From a virus: DNA of 64,000 bases. Each line of letters begins with the position of its first letter. Positions within the stretch are counted from its first letter, which is position 1. The position numbers and the translations under genes are program-made. Positions 9,169 through 19,289 of this stretch are shown here, in pieces. The stretch lies in IMG/VR virus record IMGVR_UViG_3300045988_087221; one strand, written 5' to 3'. The notes under the pieces are model-generated. The model was not told the origin of the DNA. It did no database searches and was given only the letters and a program-made list of their open reading frames with translations.

Positions 9169-10686
9169 CTAGTTACTTCCTTTAACTGTACCCATTAACA
9201 TATCATCTTCTGTAACTACAGAATAATTAATACTCCATTTAGTATGCCCAAAATTAGCAACAATATAATTACTACTTCCATACATACTGCCTACTGAAAT
9301 ATAATCAAACTGTTTGCCTGTGGTATAGGCATAGTTATGCAAATCACCCTTTACTACATAGATATATTTATTACTGATATTCTGTTCTGCTATATAGTTA
9401 GCAAAATATAATTCAGTTTGAGGATTAAGTGTAAGTGGAAATTGGCGAGACTGATTGTTATTGTCTTTGCCGTGCATGAAAATCCATGAATGTTTACCAA
9501 TAGTGAAATGGTCAATGGGAAAGTTACTAATGAAACTCTTAACCCCTTCATTAGCTAAATATGCAGCTAATAACTTATTATTTAACCATCCCCAATTACC
9601 ATCATGATTACTCTCACCTATACAGAGATAATTAAACTCGTCACTCTTTATATTAGATTTAAGAGACTTAAAGAACTCCATCATACACTCTATATAAGTC
9701 TCACTAATTTCTTTATCATCCATAACTTCAGGGAGTTGATGTCCACCTCTAGTAGTTTCTTTATTATAACCATCAATAGAATCACCAAGATTAACTACAT
9801 AAACTGCTCCATAGGACTGCCCAGCAAATGTCTGTACAATCTTAGTTAGTCTAGCCTTAATCTCCTCTTTATCATAATTAGGAAGAGTTACAAAACTACT
9901 ATACTTAGCATTATAAGCTCCAATATGTAAATCAGACAACCATATAATTAATACTGGATATGTTGGATTACTGCTATTAATGTTAACTGGAAACTCTTTA
10001 TAGTCTTTATTAGTTTCTTTAATTAATTGAATTAGTTTCTCCTCACTAATGGAACTTTTCATTTGTTCTTTAGTGAGTTTAATAACTAGTTGTTTGAGGT
10101 CTCTTACCTCATTCTTTTCCACAGCTTTTAAGAAATCATTCTCCTTCTCTCTAAGTTGCATTTCCTGAAGTTCTTCTGGTGTATGCTCTTCAATTACATG
10201 AGGAGCAAATGGACTAGAAGCTTTAGTTATATTAAAAGCACGTAAGATTCTCTTAAAATCAACTAAAGAATAATCAGGAAAATGTCTACTTACTTGTCGC
10301 TGTGTGAGACTAGAACCATAATAAGAATAAAGTCTATAGATAAGATTCATTTCATCTCTAGTTAAGGCTCCTATTACAGGGGTCTTATCACGACGAAATA
10401 CCTTAAATCTATAACTAACTATTGTGCCATCTTCATTACGAATCTGTTCAGTCTCAGCTCTTTCATCAGTATCAATATGCTCTACAGAATTACCTGTAGG
10501 CTTCTTTACAGAATCATATAGAGAAATAATATCTTCATCTTTACCAATACTACGAGTATATTTAATAGTATTCATTAAAGTGCTATAATTATAGTTTTTT
10601 GCAATACAAGCTGCTTTTACACTACAATTATTCTCTTTAGCATAGTTCAATACTTTCTCAATACGATTTCTGGTTTCCTTTTTCAT
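9169..10686 (-). CDS. metallophosphoesterase with N-terminal helix-turn-helix-like region
   Basis: C-terminal half carries LSDLHIG, NLGDSIDGYN, GESNHDGN, MHGKD and GDLHNY, the calcineurin-like/Mre11-type motif order. Confidence 0.65.
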   Translation of the reverse strand: MKKETRNRIEKVLNYAKENNCSVKAACIAKNYNYSTLMNTIKYTRSIGKDEDIISLYDSVKKPTGNSVEHIDTDERAETEQIRNEDGTIVSYRFKVFRRDKTPVIGALTRDEMNLIYRLYSYYGSSLTQRQVSRHFPDYSLVDFKRILRAFNITKASSPFAPHVIEEHTPEELQEMQLREKENDFLKAVEKNEVRDLKQLVIKLTKEQMKSSISEEKLIQLIKETNKDYKEFPVNINSSNPTYPVLIIWLSDLHIGAYNAKYSSFVTLPNYDKEEIKARLTKIVQTFAGQSYGAVYVVNLGDSIDGYNKETTRGGHQLPEVMDDKEISETYIECMMEFFKSLKSNIKSDEFNYLCIGESNHDGNWGWLNNKLLAAYLANEGVKSFISNFPIDHFTIGKHSWIFMHGKDNNNQSRQFPLTLNPQTELYFANYIAEQNISNKYIYVVKGDLHNYAYTTGKQFDYISVGSMYGSSNYIVANFGHTKWSINYSVVTEDDMLMGTVKGSN

Positions 10687-10800
10687 TGTTAAATGTTTAA
10701 ATAAGCTATTAAGCCGTTAAAAATATAATCTATTTATAAACATCTAATCATTACTGAATCTATATTATATTTTATTATTTAGCTAATTCCAAATATTTTC

Positions 10801-11577
10801 TTATTTAATACCTAGAATCTCTTTAACTAAATAAATCTTCTCAAATTTATTAACTATATCCCTACCCTTATCATGAGTAATGATGTCTGTAAATGCCTGA
10901 TAAGCATCGAACATACAAATATCCTCATTATTAGGTACAAAATAGTCAGACTTCTCGTCAATTACTAATTTTTTATAAGCATCAATAGCTGTAGATTCTG
11001 CCAACTTTACAGTACCAAATCCCGAATTAAATTTGCTACTAATACAATTATCTACCCAATGTCCCAAATTGTCATAGAGTTCATTTCTCTTAATATATGT
11101 ATTAGCTAAATTTTCCAGCATCACCTTTGTATTATCAGTCATTTCCATAACTTGATTTACAAAGGTATATTCCATAGCTGTTTCAGGTTCTAATTCTCTA
11201 ACTTGCAGCATATTTGGAGAAAATACACACATATTTAAACAAGCACTACGTACTGCATTTTGAAATATCTTATATACTGGTTTACGGGTATCTAAAGCAT
11301 ACAGAAGACTAACTGACTGAGTGTGACCCTCATAAGCATATTCTCCTGGAAGTTGTGCTTCTACCCACACTCTATTATATACGATATTTTCAAAATTAAC
11401 TTCACCATCATTAGTTAGACTAATTTGATCTGCGGGTTTAACCTGAATTTCAAACTTGTCTGTAAATTTAGACATTCTGTCTATAAATGGCATTACATAC
11501 TGCTCAGTCGTAAAATATTCCTTTTCTTTAATTCTAGTGGCTTTTCCTGAATAAAGTTGCTCTAAAGTTACTTGCAT
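10801..11577 (-). CDS. hypothetical protein
   Basis: Track ORF flanked by intergenic regions of more than 100 nt. No motif recognised. Confidence 0.55.
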   Translation of the reverse strand: MQVTLEQLYSGKATRIKEKEYFTTEQYVMPFIDRMSKFTDKFEIQVKPADQISLTNDGEVNFENIVYNRVWVEAQLPGEYAYEGHTQSVSLLYALDTRKPVYKIFQNAVRSACLNMCVFSPNMLQVRELEPETAMEYTFVNQVMEMTDNTKVMLENLANTYIKRNELYDNLGHWVDNCISSKFNSGFGTVKLAESTAIDAYKKLVIDEKSDYFVPNNEDICMFDAYQAFTDIITHDKGRDIVNKFEKIYLVKEILGIK

Positions 11578-11627
11578 TTAATTTAATTACTTAATTATTT
11601 AAAGTAATCTAGCTATTAATGTATCTA

Positions 11628-11665
11628 AAGAAAAAAAGGTGACTATCCTCACGGACAATCACCTT
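11628..11665 (-). terminator. rho-independent terminator
   Basis: Minus strand reads AGGTGA-TTGTCCGTGAGGATAG-TCACCT followed by TTTTTTC, about 40 nt after the stop of 11705..12286. Confidence 0.6.
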
Positions 11666-11704
11666 ACTTAATTCTAACAGCAATGTTAGTTACCCAATAT
11701 ATTA

Positions 11705-12286
11705 TTATGCATTCTCAATACCAAAAGCAATGTATGAACCTGGCTTAGTATTCTTAGAAGGAGTATACTTAGCTGTAGCTACAACTGCATTACCCTCTAC
11801 TACATCCTTTGTCTTTACCAACTTAGCATCACCTCTAAATGCACCGCTCTTATAGAGTTCCTTGATAGCATTCTTAGCATCAGCCTTATTAGTATCAACC
11901 TGACATACTGTCTTACCTTCAGCGTCAATCCACTTATACATTGACTTAAACTTTCTCTTACCCTCGCTCTTTACATCTTCAATCTTATATGGACGCTCAC
12001 GAGTGTCACCAATAGCAGCCTCTACTACAATAATGTAACCAGCACCTGGACAGCTCTTACCTTTCTTCTCCAAATAATCCAACTTAAATGCCTTGTCGTC
12101 ACGCTCTGTCCAAACACCCTGATGCTTAGCCTTTGCGTTCTTGTAAGCCTGAGTTGCATCACCGTTAATATGGAAATACTGCTCTTCAATGTTTGCGATT
12201 GCTACATCCTTAGACTCTGCTGATACTGCTACACTCTTAAAATTCAAAACCTTTGTACTCATAATTATTAAATCCTTATTAAACAT
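11705..12286 (-). CDS. hypothetical protein (Lys/Ala-rich, transcriptionally insulated)
   Basis: Track ORF with a 152-nt upstream intergenic region and its own terminator. An alternative ATG (MSTKVLNF) lies at 12260-12262. Confidence 0.6.
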   Translation of the reverse strand: MFNKDLIIMSTKVLNFKSVAVSAESKDVAIANIEEQYFHINGDATQAYKNAKAKHQGVWTERDDKAFKLDYLEKKGKSCPGAGYIIVVEAAIGDTRERPYKIEDVKSEGKRKFKSMYKWIDAEGKTVCQVDTNKADAKNAIKELYKSGAFRGDAKLVKTKDVVEGNAVVATAKYTPSKNTKPGSYIAFGIENA

Positions 12287-12438
12287 TAATCATTTTCATG
12301 TCATCTACGAAATACTTATCTAAAATCAGTTTTCTTGACTGATGTAAACAACAATAATCCATTTAGGAAATTATCCAAGGATTATAGTGTTAATTAATGT
12401 TAATCTAAATAATTGTACAAATTTTTGATAAAATATTA

Positions 12439-12786
12439 TCAAAATGGTACATAAGAATCTAATAATTTTTTAAGCTGTTTTGGCATATTTTTGAGAGGCA
12501 CTCCATAGTCCGGGAAGTCTTTAACTCCATACATAAAGTCCTCACAAATAGCACCAAGTGATTTCAGAAAGGTTTCTTTTTCTTCTTTTCCGAAATCTTT
12601 TCCTACCTTTAATAAAACATCATAACAAGTAATTTCTTTGTCTTTTTTCCTGAGTTCATTAGTTATATAACAAGTTAAGGCTATTACAGCTAATTTATCA
12701 CCCAAGTTACTGTTTAAAAAATGAACACTAAAGAACTTTTTATATATTGCTAGAGTCTTATCAAAGTCTAAATCTTTGAGTTCCAT
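12439..12786 (-). CDS. hypothetical protein
   Basis: Track ORF. Its start overlaps the upstream stop by 1 nt. Confidence 0.5.
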   Translation of the reverse strand: MELKDLDFDKTLAIYKKFFSVHFLNSNLGDKLAVIALTCYITNELRKKDKEITCYDVLLKVGKDFGKEEKETFLKSLGAICEDFMYGVKDFPDYGVPLKNMPKQLKKLLDSYVPF

Positions 12787-13811
12787 TAAAGAGAATATCC
12801 TTTATAGCAAATTAAATATGCTACATGACGTAACAAGGTTCCTAACTCATACATACCTTCTTGTATTTCCTTATTAGTTACAGGTCTAACTTTAGTATAG
12901 TATTGTGGAATAGTAGATACTACTAAATAATTAGCCTTTATTGAAGGTTTTGATATATTGTATTCCTTTGCTACATACAAATTTAATAGGTATAAATATT
13001 CAGCTAATTCCCTACTATAGTGATATCTATTGATATTATCATCGATAGCAGACACTACTTTACTAATAGTTTTAACATCATTTACAGTAATAATGTCTTG
13101 CTCCGTATCAATGGTAAAATTATCAAGTTTAGCTTTTAAGTGTAATATGGTTTTCTTACCATTAGCACATTCAGCCTCTATATCTAATAGGAATGCTTGT
13201 TCATTCATAGAAAGAGGAGGATCTAAGAGTCCTGAAGGATTAAGTAACTCTTGAATTTGTGGATTCTTAGTTAATGCTTCTACACAATTATATACAGTAT
13301 CACGACTTTTATCATCTAAATAGATAAGTTCCTTGGTACTATTTAATTGTGCATTCTTTCTAGCTTTCCAATATGGAATACATTGCTCATTCACCCTTTT
13401 AATAATATCTGGAGTGAGCTTATTTTTATAGTAATTAACCTTACTTGAAGCTTCTTCAATATCAGAGGTTCTAATAGGATGTTGTAACCATACTGGATAA
13501 AGTTCATCTGCCATAGCTCCTAGTTTAGCAGTAGGTTTTCCTAGAGCAGGAGCAAGTTCAAAACTCTCATCCTGCAAAGTGAGACAATGAACTGCAGAAC
13601 CTATAACTAAACTAGAAACAAATCCTTCGTCTTTGAACCCTGCAAAGAAAGCATCTGTTGAACCTCCTTGAAATGGATTAAGTAATCCTAACCTTGAATT
13701 ACTTATATAACTTCCATATTTAGAAGAGAAATACTCTGCATCATCAATTTTAACTAATTTAAGAGTGTCAATTAATGGAGTAAGTTTAACTATGTCTCTT
13801 AATTTTGCCAT
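12786..13811 (-). CDS. PD-(D/E)XK-type exonuclease (RecE/DUF3799-like)
   Basis: IGSAVHCLTLQ motif followed by LKAKLD...VNDVKT (D...D-x-K), as in PDDEXK recombination exonucleases. Family recalled from memory. Confidence 0.5.
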   Translation of the reverse strand: MAKLRDIVKLTPLIDTLKLVKIDDAEYFSSKYGSYISNSRLGLLNPFQGGSTDAFFAGFKDEGFVSSLVIGSAVHCLTLQDESFELAPALGKPTAKLGAMADELYPVWLQHPIRTSDIEEASSKVNYYKNKLTPDIIKRVNEQCIPYWKARKNAQLNSTKELIYLDDKSRDTVYNCVEALTKNPQIQELLNPSGLLDPPLSMNEQAFLLDIEAECANGKKTILHLKAKLDNFTIDTEQDIITVNDVKTISKVVSAIDDNINRYHYSRELAEYLYLLNLYVAKEYNISKPSIKANYLVVSTIPQYYTKVRPVTNKEIQEGMYELGTLLRHVAYLICYKGYSL

Positions 13812-14326
13812 TCTAAGACATTTAACTCATTCATATATGCATCTAGGATTTCTTCATAATCTAAATTATAAATGCGAAATTCACACTCCACATTTTGATT
13901 GTGTGGTCTATCAATAAGAAGGGCAGGTAATCCACTCTGTATAGCCTTAGTTACATTAAATAAACTATCATCTATAAGAACATCACATCTTCCCTTTATT
14001 ATATCAGCTTTATTACCATTTTGATTATAAGTCTGATAAATGGGTTTTATTGGCAAACCATTTTTAATTAAAGAATTACGAGTGTAACTCTTTTGATTTA
14101 TACGTTTAGTTGAGTAAATATGAGGTTCAAAATTAGGACGCTCTAATAACTCTAGATTTTCCCAAAATTCTCTATCATACTGTAACTTACGTACATTTCT
14201 GGTAATTATATGTTGCACTAAATTACGTTCACCAGGAAAACGCTTTTGATAAGCCTCAAACCACTTTAAAATGGTATCATCTATATCTAGTGCAATACGT
14301 AGGTTATTCATATTCTTCAATTTCAT
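13799..14326 (-). CDS. HAD-superfamily 5'(3')-deoxyribonucleotidase-like phosphatase
   Basis: DxDxT nucleophile motif in RIALDIDDTILKW. Start moved to an internal ATG (MKLKNMNN...) to reduce overlap with the upstream gene. Confidence 0.6.
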   Translation of the reverse strand: MKLKNMNNLRIALDIDDTILKWFEAYQKRFPGERNLVQHIITRNVRKLQYDREFWENLELLERPNFEPHIYSTKRINQKSYTRNSLIKNGLPIKPIYQTYNQNGNKADIIKGRCDVLIDDSLFNVTKAIQSGLPALLIDRPHNQNVECEFRIYNLDYEEILDAYMNELNVLEWQN

Positions 14327-14531
14327 GAATGCTTCCCAAGAAAATATCGTGATTATCATATATCAACTGCATAAATTCTTCGTAATCTGTACACTCTGCC
14401 AAAGCATCTGAATCAAATTCTTCTGCATAATGTTTAATTACTTTGTCTACACAGTCTTCATAACTATTTGCGGTAATTTTGAGAATATCGCACTCTCCTG
14501 GGTCACTCCAAGGAATCAAATAAGTATTCAT
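14304..14531 (-). CDS. hypothetical small acidic protein
   Basis: Track ORF, tightly packed with neighbours. Confidence 0.5.
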   Translation of the reverse strand: MNTYLIPWSDPGECDILKITANSYEDCVDKVIKHYAEEFDSDALAECTDYEEFMQLIYDNHDIFLGSIHEIEEYE

Positions 14532-14532
14532 T

Positions 14533-15060
14533 TTATTTACTAATTAGTTGGTAAAAGTAATCTATCGGTATAACGGCAACTGTACCAGGACTTTGTTCTC
14601 CATCTTTGCCTGCTTTCTTCCAACACATTACAAAAGGCTTGTCCTTTAAACTACAAGCATCTCTAATTGTGAAGTAATTAGGCATGTTCTGAGTATATTT
14701 AGCTTGTATATAACAAGGAACTTCCTCATCACAAATATCCACTTTATTAGCGTCTAAAGTTTTATCTTTATTACGGCTAGTCATGCAATTAGGATATCCA
14801 ATTTCCCTTAATTTATGTACAATATCAAGTTCAAAGCTAGATCCCTTTTTCTTACTCTTTTTAGCAGTAAGACTTCTTCTAACAGCAGGATCTGCCCATT
14901 GAAATGTCATTCCATCTTTAGATTTAGCTCCAGAGCCAGGTTTATTAGCTCTAGACTTAATTGAATTAACTGTTAATTTAGTTACTTCGGAAGCTTCTTC
15001 TATTGTTTGGAATGTTTGTGTGTCGCCATTCTTATATTTTACTGTTACACTAGTATTCAC
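14533..15060 (-). CDS. PD-(D/E)XK nuclease (Holliday-junction-resolvase-like) with N-terminal DNA-binding module
   Basis: GSSFELDIVHKLREIGY...KVDICDEE...YIQAKY fits the E...D...(E/Q)xK resolvase pattern. The N-terminal FQTIEEASEVTKLTVNSI resembles NUMOD/HTH modules. Confidence 0.5.
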   Translation of the reverse strand: MNTSVTVKYKNGDTQTFQTIEEASEVTKLTVNSIKSRANKPGSGAKSKDGMTFQWADPAVRRSLTAKKSKKKGSSFELDIVHKLREIGYPNCMTSRNKDKTLDANKVDICDEEVPCYIQAKYTQNMPNYFTIRDACSLKDKPFVMCWKKAGKDGEQSPGTVAVIPIDYFYQLISK

Positions 15061-16061
15061 CTATGTCTTTCCCATTCTTTTATATATTTAATAGATTCTT
15101 TAATAAATTTAATAGTCTCCTCTCTCCCATACTTCTTATAGAAATCACTAATATCCTTAGCCCCATACCTTCTAGGTATAATACAAGGAATTAAGAAATC
15201 ATATTTCCTACGCAGTACATTAGTATAGTGTATTCCTGTAAGATCTGAATCAAATAAAAGTACTATTTTATCAAATCTCTGCTTTAAATCTTCTAAGATA
15301 GTATTAGAAATAAATTGAGTTTCACTTTGTGGAGCACATGCAGGTATTCCCATACTATATAAACAAGCACAATCTTTTAAACTCTTAGTTATTACTAATA
15401 ACTTACCATTCTTAGGTAATTGTCTATAACCTTGAATAGTTTTAGTAGATATATTACCTATAAATCTATAATCAGACCTTTTCGGATAATATATTTTCCA
15501 CTGTTCTACATGTTCCTTCTTTCCAAAGTAATATCCATAACTAGGGCATTTTGGAGTAGACTGACTAACTATAGAACCATTTAAAAAGACTGTTCTACAA
15601 CTAAATATTCTATACTTATTTAATATAGGTTTAGTTATACCATACTGATTCCACCATTTTAGTTCCTCTTCGGAAAATTCTTGTGCCTCTATTTGAATGA
15701 AAGTTTGTTTGTCTCCTTTAAATTCAGCTTGCTTAACTACAGGTTTAGATATAGGAGATTCTCCCTTAATAAACCCAAAGTCTTTAGCTATAATTCTCAG
15801 AGCCTCATGGTAATTACAATTAAACTTTTTCATTACAACATTTTCAAAGGCAAAGCATTCTCCGGTAGCAAAGTCTTTAAAGTAAAGTCTGCCAGATTTA
15901 CCTCTAAAAAATCCACAAGTTTTATGATGGTCAGAACGTAGAGGAGACACATACAAGCCCTTATCTACAGGTATTCCTAAATAATAACTCATATATGTCT
16001 CCTCATTGTTTTCACTTAGAAGAAACTCCCTAGTAACTTTAGGTTCAAAACTAAAGTCCAT
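15057..16061 (-). CDS. DNA primase (TOPRIM type)
   Basis: C-terminal TOPRIM-like LLVITKSLKD...VLLFDSDLTG. Sits in the replication cluster next to the helicase genes. Confidence 0.6.
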   Translation of the reverse strand: MDFSFEPKVTREFLLSENNEETYMSYYLGIPVDKGLYVSPLRSDHHKTCGFFRGKSGRLYFKDFATGECFAFENVVMKKFNCNYHEALRIIAKDFGFIKGESPISKPVVKQAEFKGDKQTFIQIEAQEFSEEELKWWNQYGITKPILNKYRIFSCRTVFLNGSIVSQSTPKCPSYGYYFGKKEHVEQWKIYYPKRSDYRFIGNISTKTIQGYRQLPKNGKLLVITKSLKDCACLYSMGIPACAPQSETQFISNTILEDLKQRFDKIVLLFDSDLTGIHYTNVLRRKYDFLIPCIIPRRYGAKDISDFYKKYGREETIKFIKESIKYIKEWERHR

Positions 16062-16075
16062 AGAGAATTATTTAA

Positions 16076-16765
16076 TTAAAGCAAGCTATCGAGATCCAAA
16101 TCGTCCTTAGGAGCTTCATCTACTCCCGCTGTATCTGCGACAGCCTTATCTGGATCAGTAGGAGTTGACTTCAAATACTCATCACGCTTACCAGCCTCAT
16201 AATCAGACCAGAAAAGCTTTGGACCAATATAATTGTCACAAATAAATGCTTCTCCCTCCTTATTCAAAGCCAAGATGCGTGGAATCTGAGCAACTACCTT
16301 ACCGTCACGATTCTTACCTGTCAATTTAATTTTAATATCTGTATCAATAGCTGGTGTAGTTACTTTAATGAAAGTCTTTGCAACATCATCAAAACTCTTA
16401 AACTTAACACTCAGCTTTTGCATCTGTTCAAAACCTTTAGGGTTAAGAACCTGTGCAGTCTGTTTTACTATTGCCATAGTGGTCTCAAATGAGGAAGCCA
16501 TCTGAACCTTACCACCATTAGCACCATCAAATTCTGGTCGTACATCATCACCATCTTTAGGGAAGAATAAATCTACATTAAAATAGCCATCCTCATTCTC
16601 ATATTTAATAGAGAGCAACTTATAATGAGCGTTAGGGTCTTTCTTACCGTTAAACTCACGAATTTCAGCTCCTTTAAACTTTACATCATGGATTTCCCAT
16701 GGTGCGAGTGGACGACGACTGTTACGAACTGCAGAATCAGATGAAATAGCAAAATTAAATGACAT
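16076..16765 (-). CDS. putative single-stranded DNA-binding protein
   Basis: Acidic C-terminal tail (APKDDLDLDSLL) typical of phage SSBs, and a location in the replication module. No OB-fold motif verified. Confidence 0.4.
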   Translation of the reverse strand: MSFNFAISSDSAVRNSRRPLAPWEIHDVKFKGAEIREFNGKKDPNAHYKLLSIKYENEDGYFNVDLFFPKDGDDVRPEFDGANGGKVQMASSFETTMAIVKQTAQVLNPKGFEQMQKLSVKFKSFDDVAKTFIKVTTPAIDTDIKIKLTGKNRDGKVVAQIPRILALNKEGEAFICDNYIGPKLFWSDYEAGKRDEYLKSTPTDPDKAVADTAGVDEAPKDDLDLDSLL

Positions 16766-16847
16766 ATATTATATAATTTTCAAAATTTAAGTAATCATAA
16801 TCTAATAAATTAATTGTTATCTAATATATTTAATTAACTCTATTTTA

Positions 16848-17411
16848 TTAGAGAGTATAACTCAGACCAGATAGGTCTGTAGATTCCTCTTCTATAGCAT
16901 CCAAGTTAGTTATATCAAGCTCATCCTCAATATTAACTAACTCTTTTGGAACCTCTTGTTCTTCAGGCATTTTGTCTCCTACAAGCCAATAAATACCCTC
17001 ATCTTCAGTTGGTTCCATTTTAAAGGTAGTACCATATCCTGCTAACTTCTTATTATTAGCACCTCCATATCTTACAGTATTCTTACCTGAAAGTAAATTA
17101 CCTCCCTTAGATTTAAAAGCAGCATCTGTTCCAATCTTTGGAAGCAGCTGTTTGCCCTTCTTGTCATACTTGATGTCTATACGACAATCTTCACAGACTT
17201 GTAATAAATCAACTGCTCCTTGGGTAAGCGTTAATTTAGTAGAATCAAGTGTTACAATAGGCTCAGGGTTTTCATCTTTCTTAGTAGAACTCTTTCTGGA
17301 AGAAGAAGAAGTTTTCTTAGCAGTGTCTACCTTAATCTCATCTTTACCAATAAAAGTGATTTCTCCTGTTGCTTCATCAACAGAATAGTGCATTACAATG
17401 TCCAGCTTCAT
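16848..17411 (-). CDS. hypothetical protein
   Basis: Track ORF with a Ser/Lys-rich linker and an acidic C-terminus. Confidence 0.5.
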   Translation of the reverse strand: MKLDIVMHYSVDEATGEITFIGKDEIKVDTAKKTSSSSRKSSTKKDENPEPIVTLDSTKLTLTQGAVDLLQVCEDCRIDIKYDKKGKQLLPKIGTDAAFKSKGGNLLSGKNTVRYGGANNKKLAGYGTTFKMEPTEDEGIYWLVGDKMPEEQEVPKELVNIEDELDITNLDAIEEESTDLSGLSYTL

Positions 17412-17448
17412 ATATTCAATAATTAGTTAATTAGTTAGTTAAATAGTC

Positions 17449-18144
17449 TTAATCTTCGTTTTCAAATGCATTAATAGTATCTATAACCAGTTTCATATCA
17501 GGCTCAATATACTTTTCGTCAAAACAGCCTGCCACACTTCTACAAGTATCATTACCATCTGTTCTAGTCTTAAAACGATAATGTACTTCTCCATCTACAT
17601 CATCCACAATTCTTTCTGAATAAATAATGTATGAAAACATTCCATCCAAATTAATTTGGTTAGTTAACATCTTACCAGTTGTCCAGAGACGATATTGTGG
17701 ATCCAAATCAGTTCCAAAATTTTCAGTATGTGAAATAACTACAATAGTTAAATCATCACGAAGAAGTTGACACTCTGCTAGCAAATCATAATAATTCTTT
17801 GCCATCAATGTAAACTTCTCATATCCCTTGGTAGTAGCATTCTCAAAGGTTTCATTAGATAACAGATAATTAATATCATCAAGAACTACTACCTTTATAT
17901 CTGGTCGAGAATCAGAAATCATATGCAATACATTCTCAATTTTAGTATAATTATTCTGAATATACCAATTGCCAATGAGCTTTTTATCTCTAATAGCTAC
18001 CTTAGGATACTTCTTACGAAATCCTGGAATCTGAAGCTGCTTATTAGTACAACTTATAATAAATGTAGACTCTGGGTCAAGAGTGCGTAGACTAGTTGAT
18101 TTTCCACTATTTGATAAACCTGCCAAGCAAATAAGATTACTCAT
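17449..18144 (-). CDS. RecA-like AAA ATPase (AAA_24/Sak4-like)
   Basis: Walker A in GLSNSGKST and Walker B in KVVVLDD. Size of about 230 aa, directly downstream of the helicase. Confidence 0.6.
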   Translation of the reverse strand: MSNLICLAGLSNSGKSTSLRTLDPESTFIISCTNKQLQIPGFRKKYPKVAIRDKKLIGNWYIQNNYTKIENVLHMISDSRPDIKVVVLDDINYLLSNETFENATTKGYEKFTLMAKNYYDLLAECQLLRDDLTIVVISHTENFGTDLDPQYRLWTTGKMLTNQINLDGMFSYIIYSERIVDDVDGEVHYRFKTRTDGNDTCRSVAGCFDEKYIEPDMKLVIDTINAFENED

Positions 18145-19280
18145 AATATAAATGAATATTTAGAATTTTGATTGTTATCATCTATTTCTTCTTCATCTAT
18201 ATGATTAAGTTCAACATTTAATTGCTGAACCCCATCTTCTAATAAATAATTAGGACTAGTATATTTCTCCCAGTCAAATATATTCTCAGGTTTAGGTAAA
18301 TCTGCATAATGACTGCAATCACCATAAAAACCGGTAGGAATCATTAAGTCTGAAGAACCAAATCTACTTTTTAAGATAAATACACCAATAAAACACTGCT
18401 CTAGTATCTTGATATTATATTTCTTATAAGTAGATAATTTATATTTATGTGGACTAAATAAACCTATAGCTACTTGTGAGTCTTCAAGTAATGATCCACT
18501 GTCTTTATAGTCTTCCATAGATGGGTCTTGTAGACCTTGTTTCATTCTCTCCTGACCATTAGCATTTCTATTAAACTGAGAAATCATTATCGGAGATACA
18601 ATTTTAGTATTATTTCTGATTTGAACAGAATCTCTAGAAATTGCATCAATTTCATCTTTCTTAGTTCGACCACCACTTGCCTTTACCAAGGTCATATGGT
18701 CAATCATAATACCTAGAAACATGTTAGGATTATTTGGAATGTATTTACCATTCTCAAATTTACCCCACTTTAATAATTCCTCATTTACTTCCTTTAAATA
18801 GACTGCTTCTGTAAGACTACCTTCATAAAAAGATAATCTTTCATCAAGAATTTTGATAAAGTCAGCACTCCTAGTTAAGAGTTCATACTCTTCATCAGAT
18901 AATACACAGTCTTTTCCTCTAGAGAATATCTGCTTAAATCGCAATTCAACTCCAAAATTGTCAAATATGTACATACTAACTAACTTAGCATATACTTGAC
19001 TACGAGTCATCTCTAGTGAGAATAATAACCATCTAGGGTCTCTTTCTGGACTATCCCCATTTAAATAATGCATTAATGGTTGATATACGTAAGTCCAAAG
19101 TGCCCAGGTAGATTTACCACTGCCTGAAGCACCTCCTATTAAATAAGAGGTACCTGGAAGAACTCCATCGGTATATAAATCTAACTTAGGTGAACCTGTA
19201 CTAAGTCCTATATTGTGTCCTTCTCTTCCTTCTTTAACTAATTGAAAGAACTCCTCTAAACCACTAATTCTCTCTGCCAT
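18141..19280 (-). CDS. DnaB-like replicative DNA helicase
   Basis: Walker A GGASGSGKST, Walker B GIMIDHMTL and ISQFNRN (the DnaB Q-x-N-R motif). Confidence 0.8.
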   Translation of the reverse strand: MAERISGLEEFFQLVKEGREGHNIGLSTGSPKLDLYTDGVLPGTSYLIGGASGSGKSTWALWTYVYQPLMHYLNGDSPERDPRWLLFSLEMTRSQVYAKLVSMYIFDNFGVELRFKQIFSRGKDCVLSDEEYELLTRSADFIKILDERLSFYEGSLTEAVYLKEVNEELLKWGKFENGKYIPNNPNMFLGIMIDHMTLVKASGGRTKKDEIDAISRDSVQIRNNTKIVSPIMISQFNRNANGQERMKQGLQDPSMEDYKDSGSLLEDSQVAIGLFSPHKYKLSTYKKYNIKILEQCFIGVFILKSRFGSSDLMIPTGFYGDCSHYADLPKPENIFDWEKYTSPNYLLEDGVQQLNVELNHIDEEEIDDNNQNSKYSFIL

Positions 19281-19289
19281 AATATTTAA

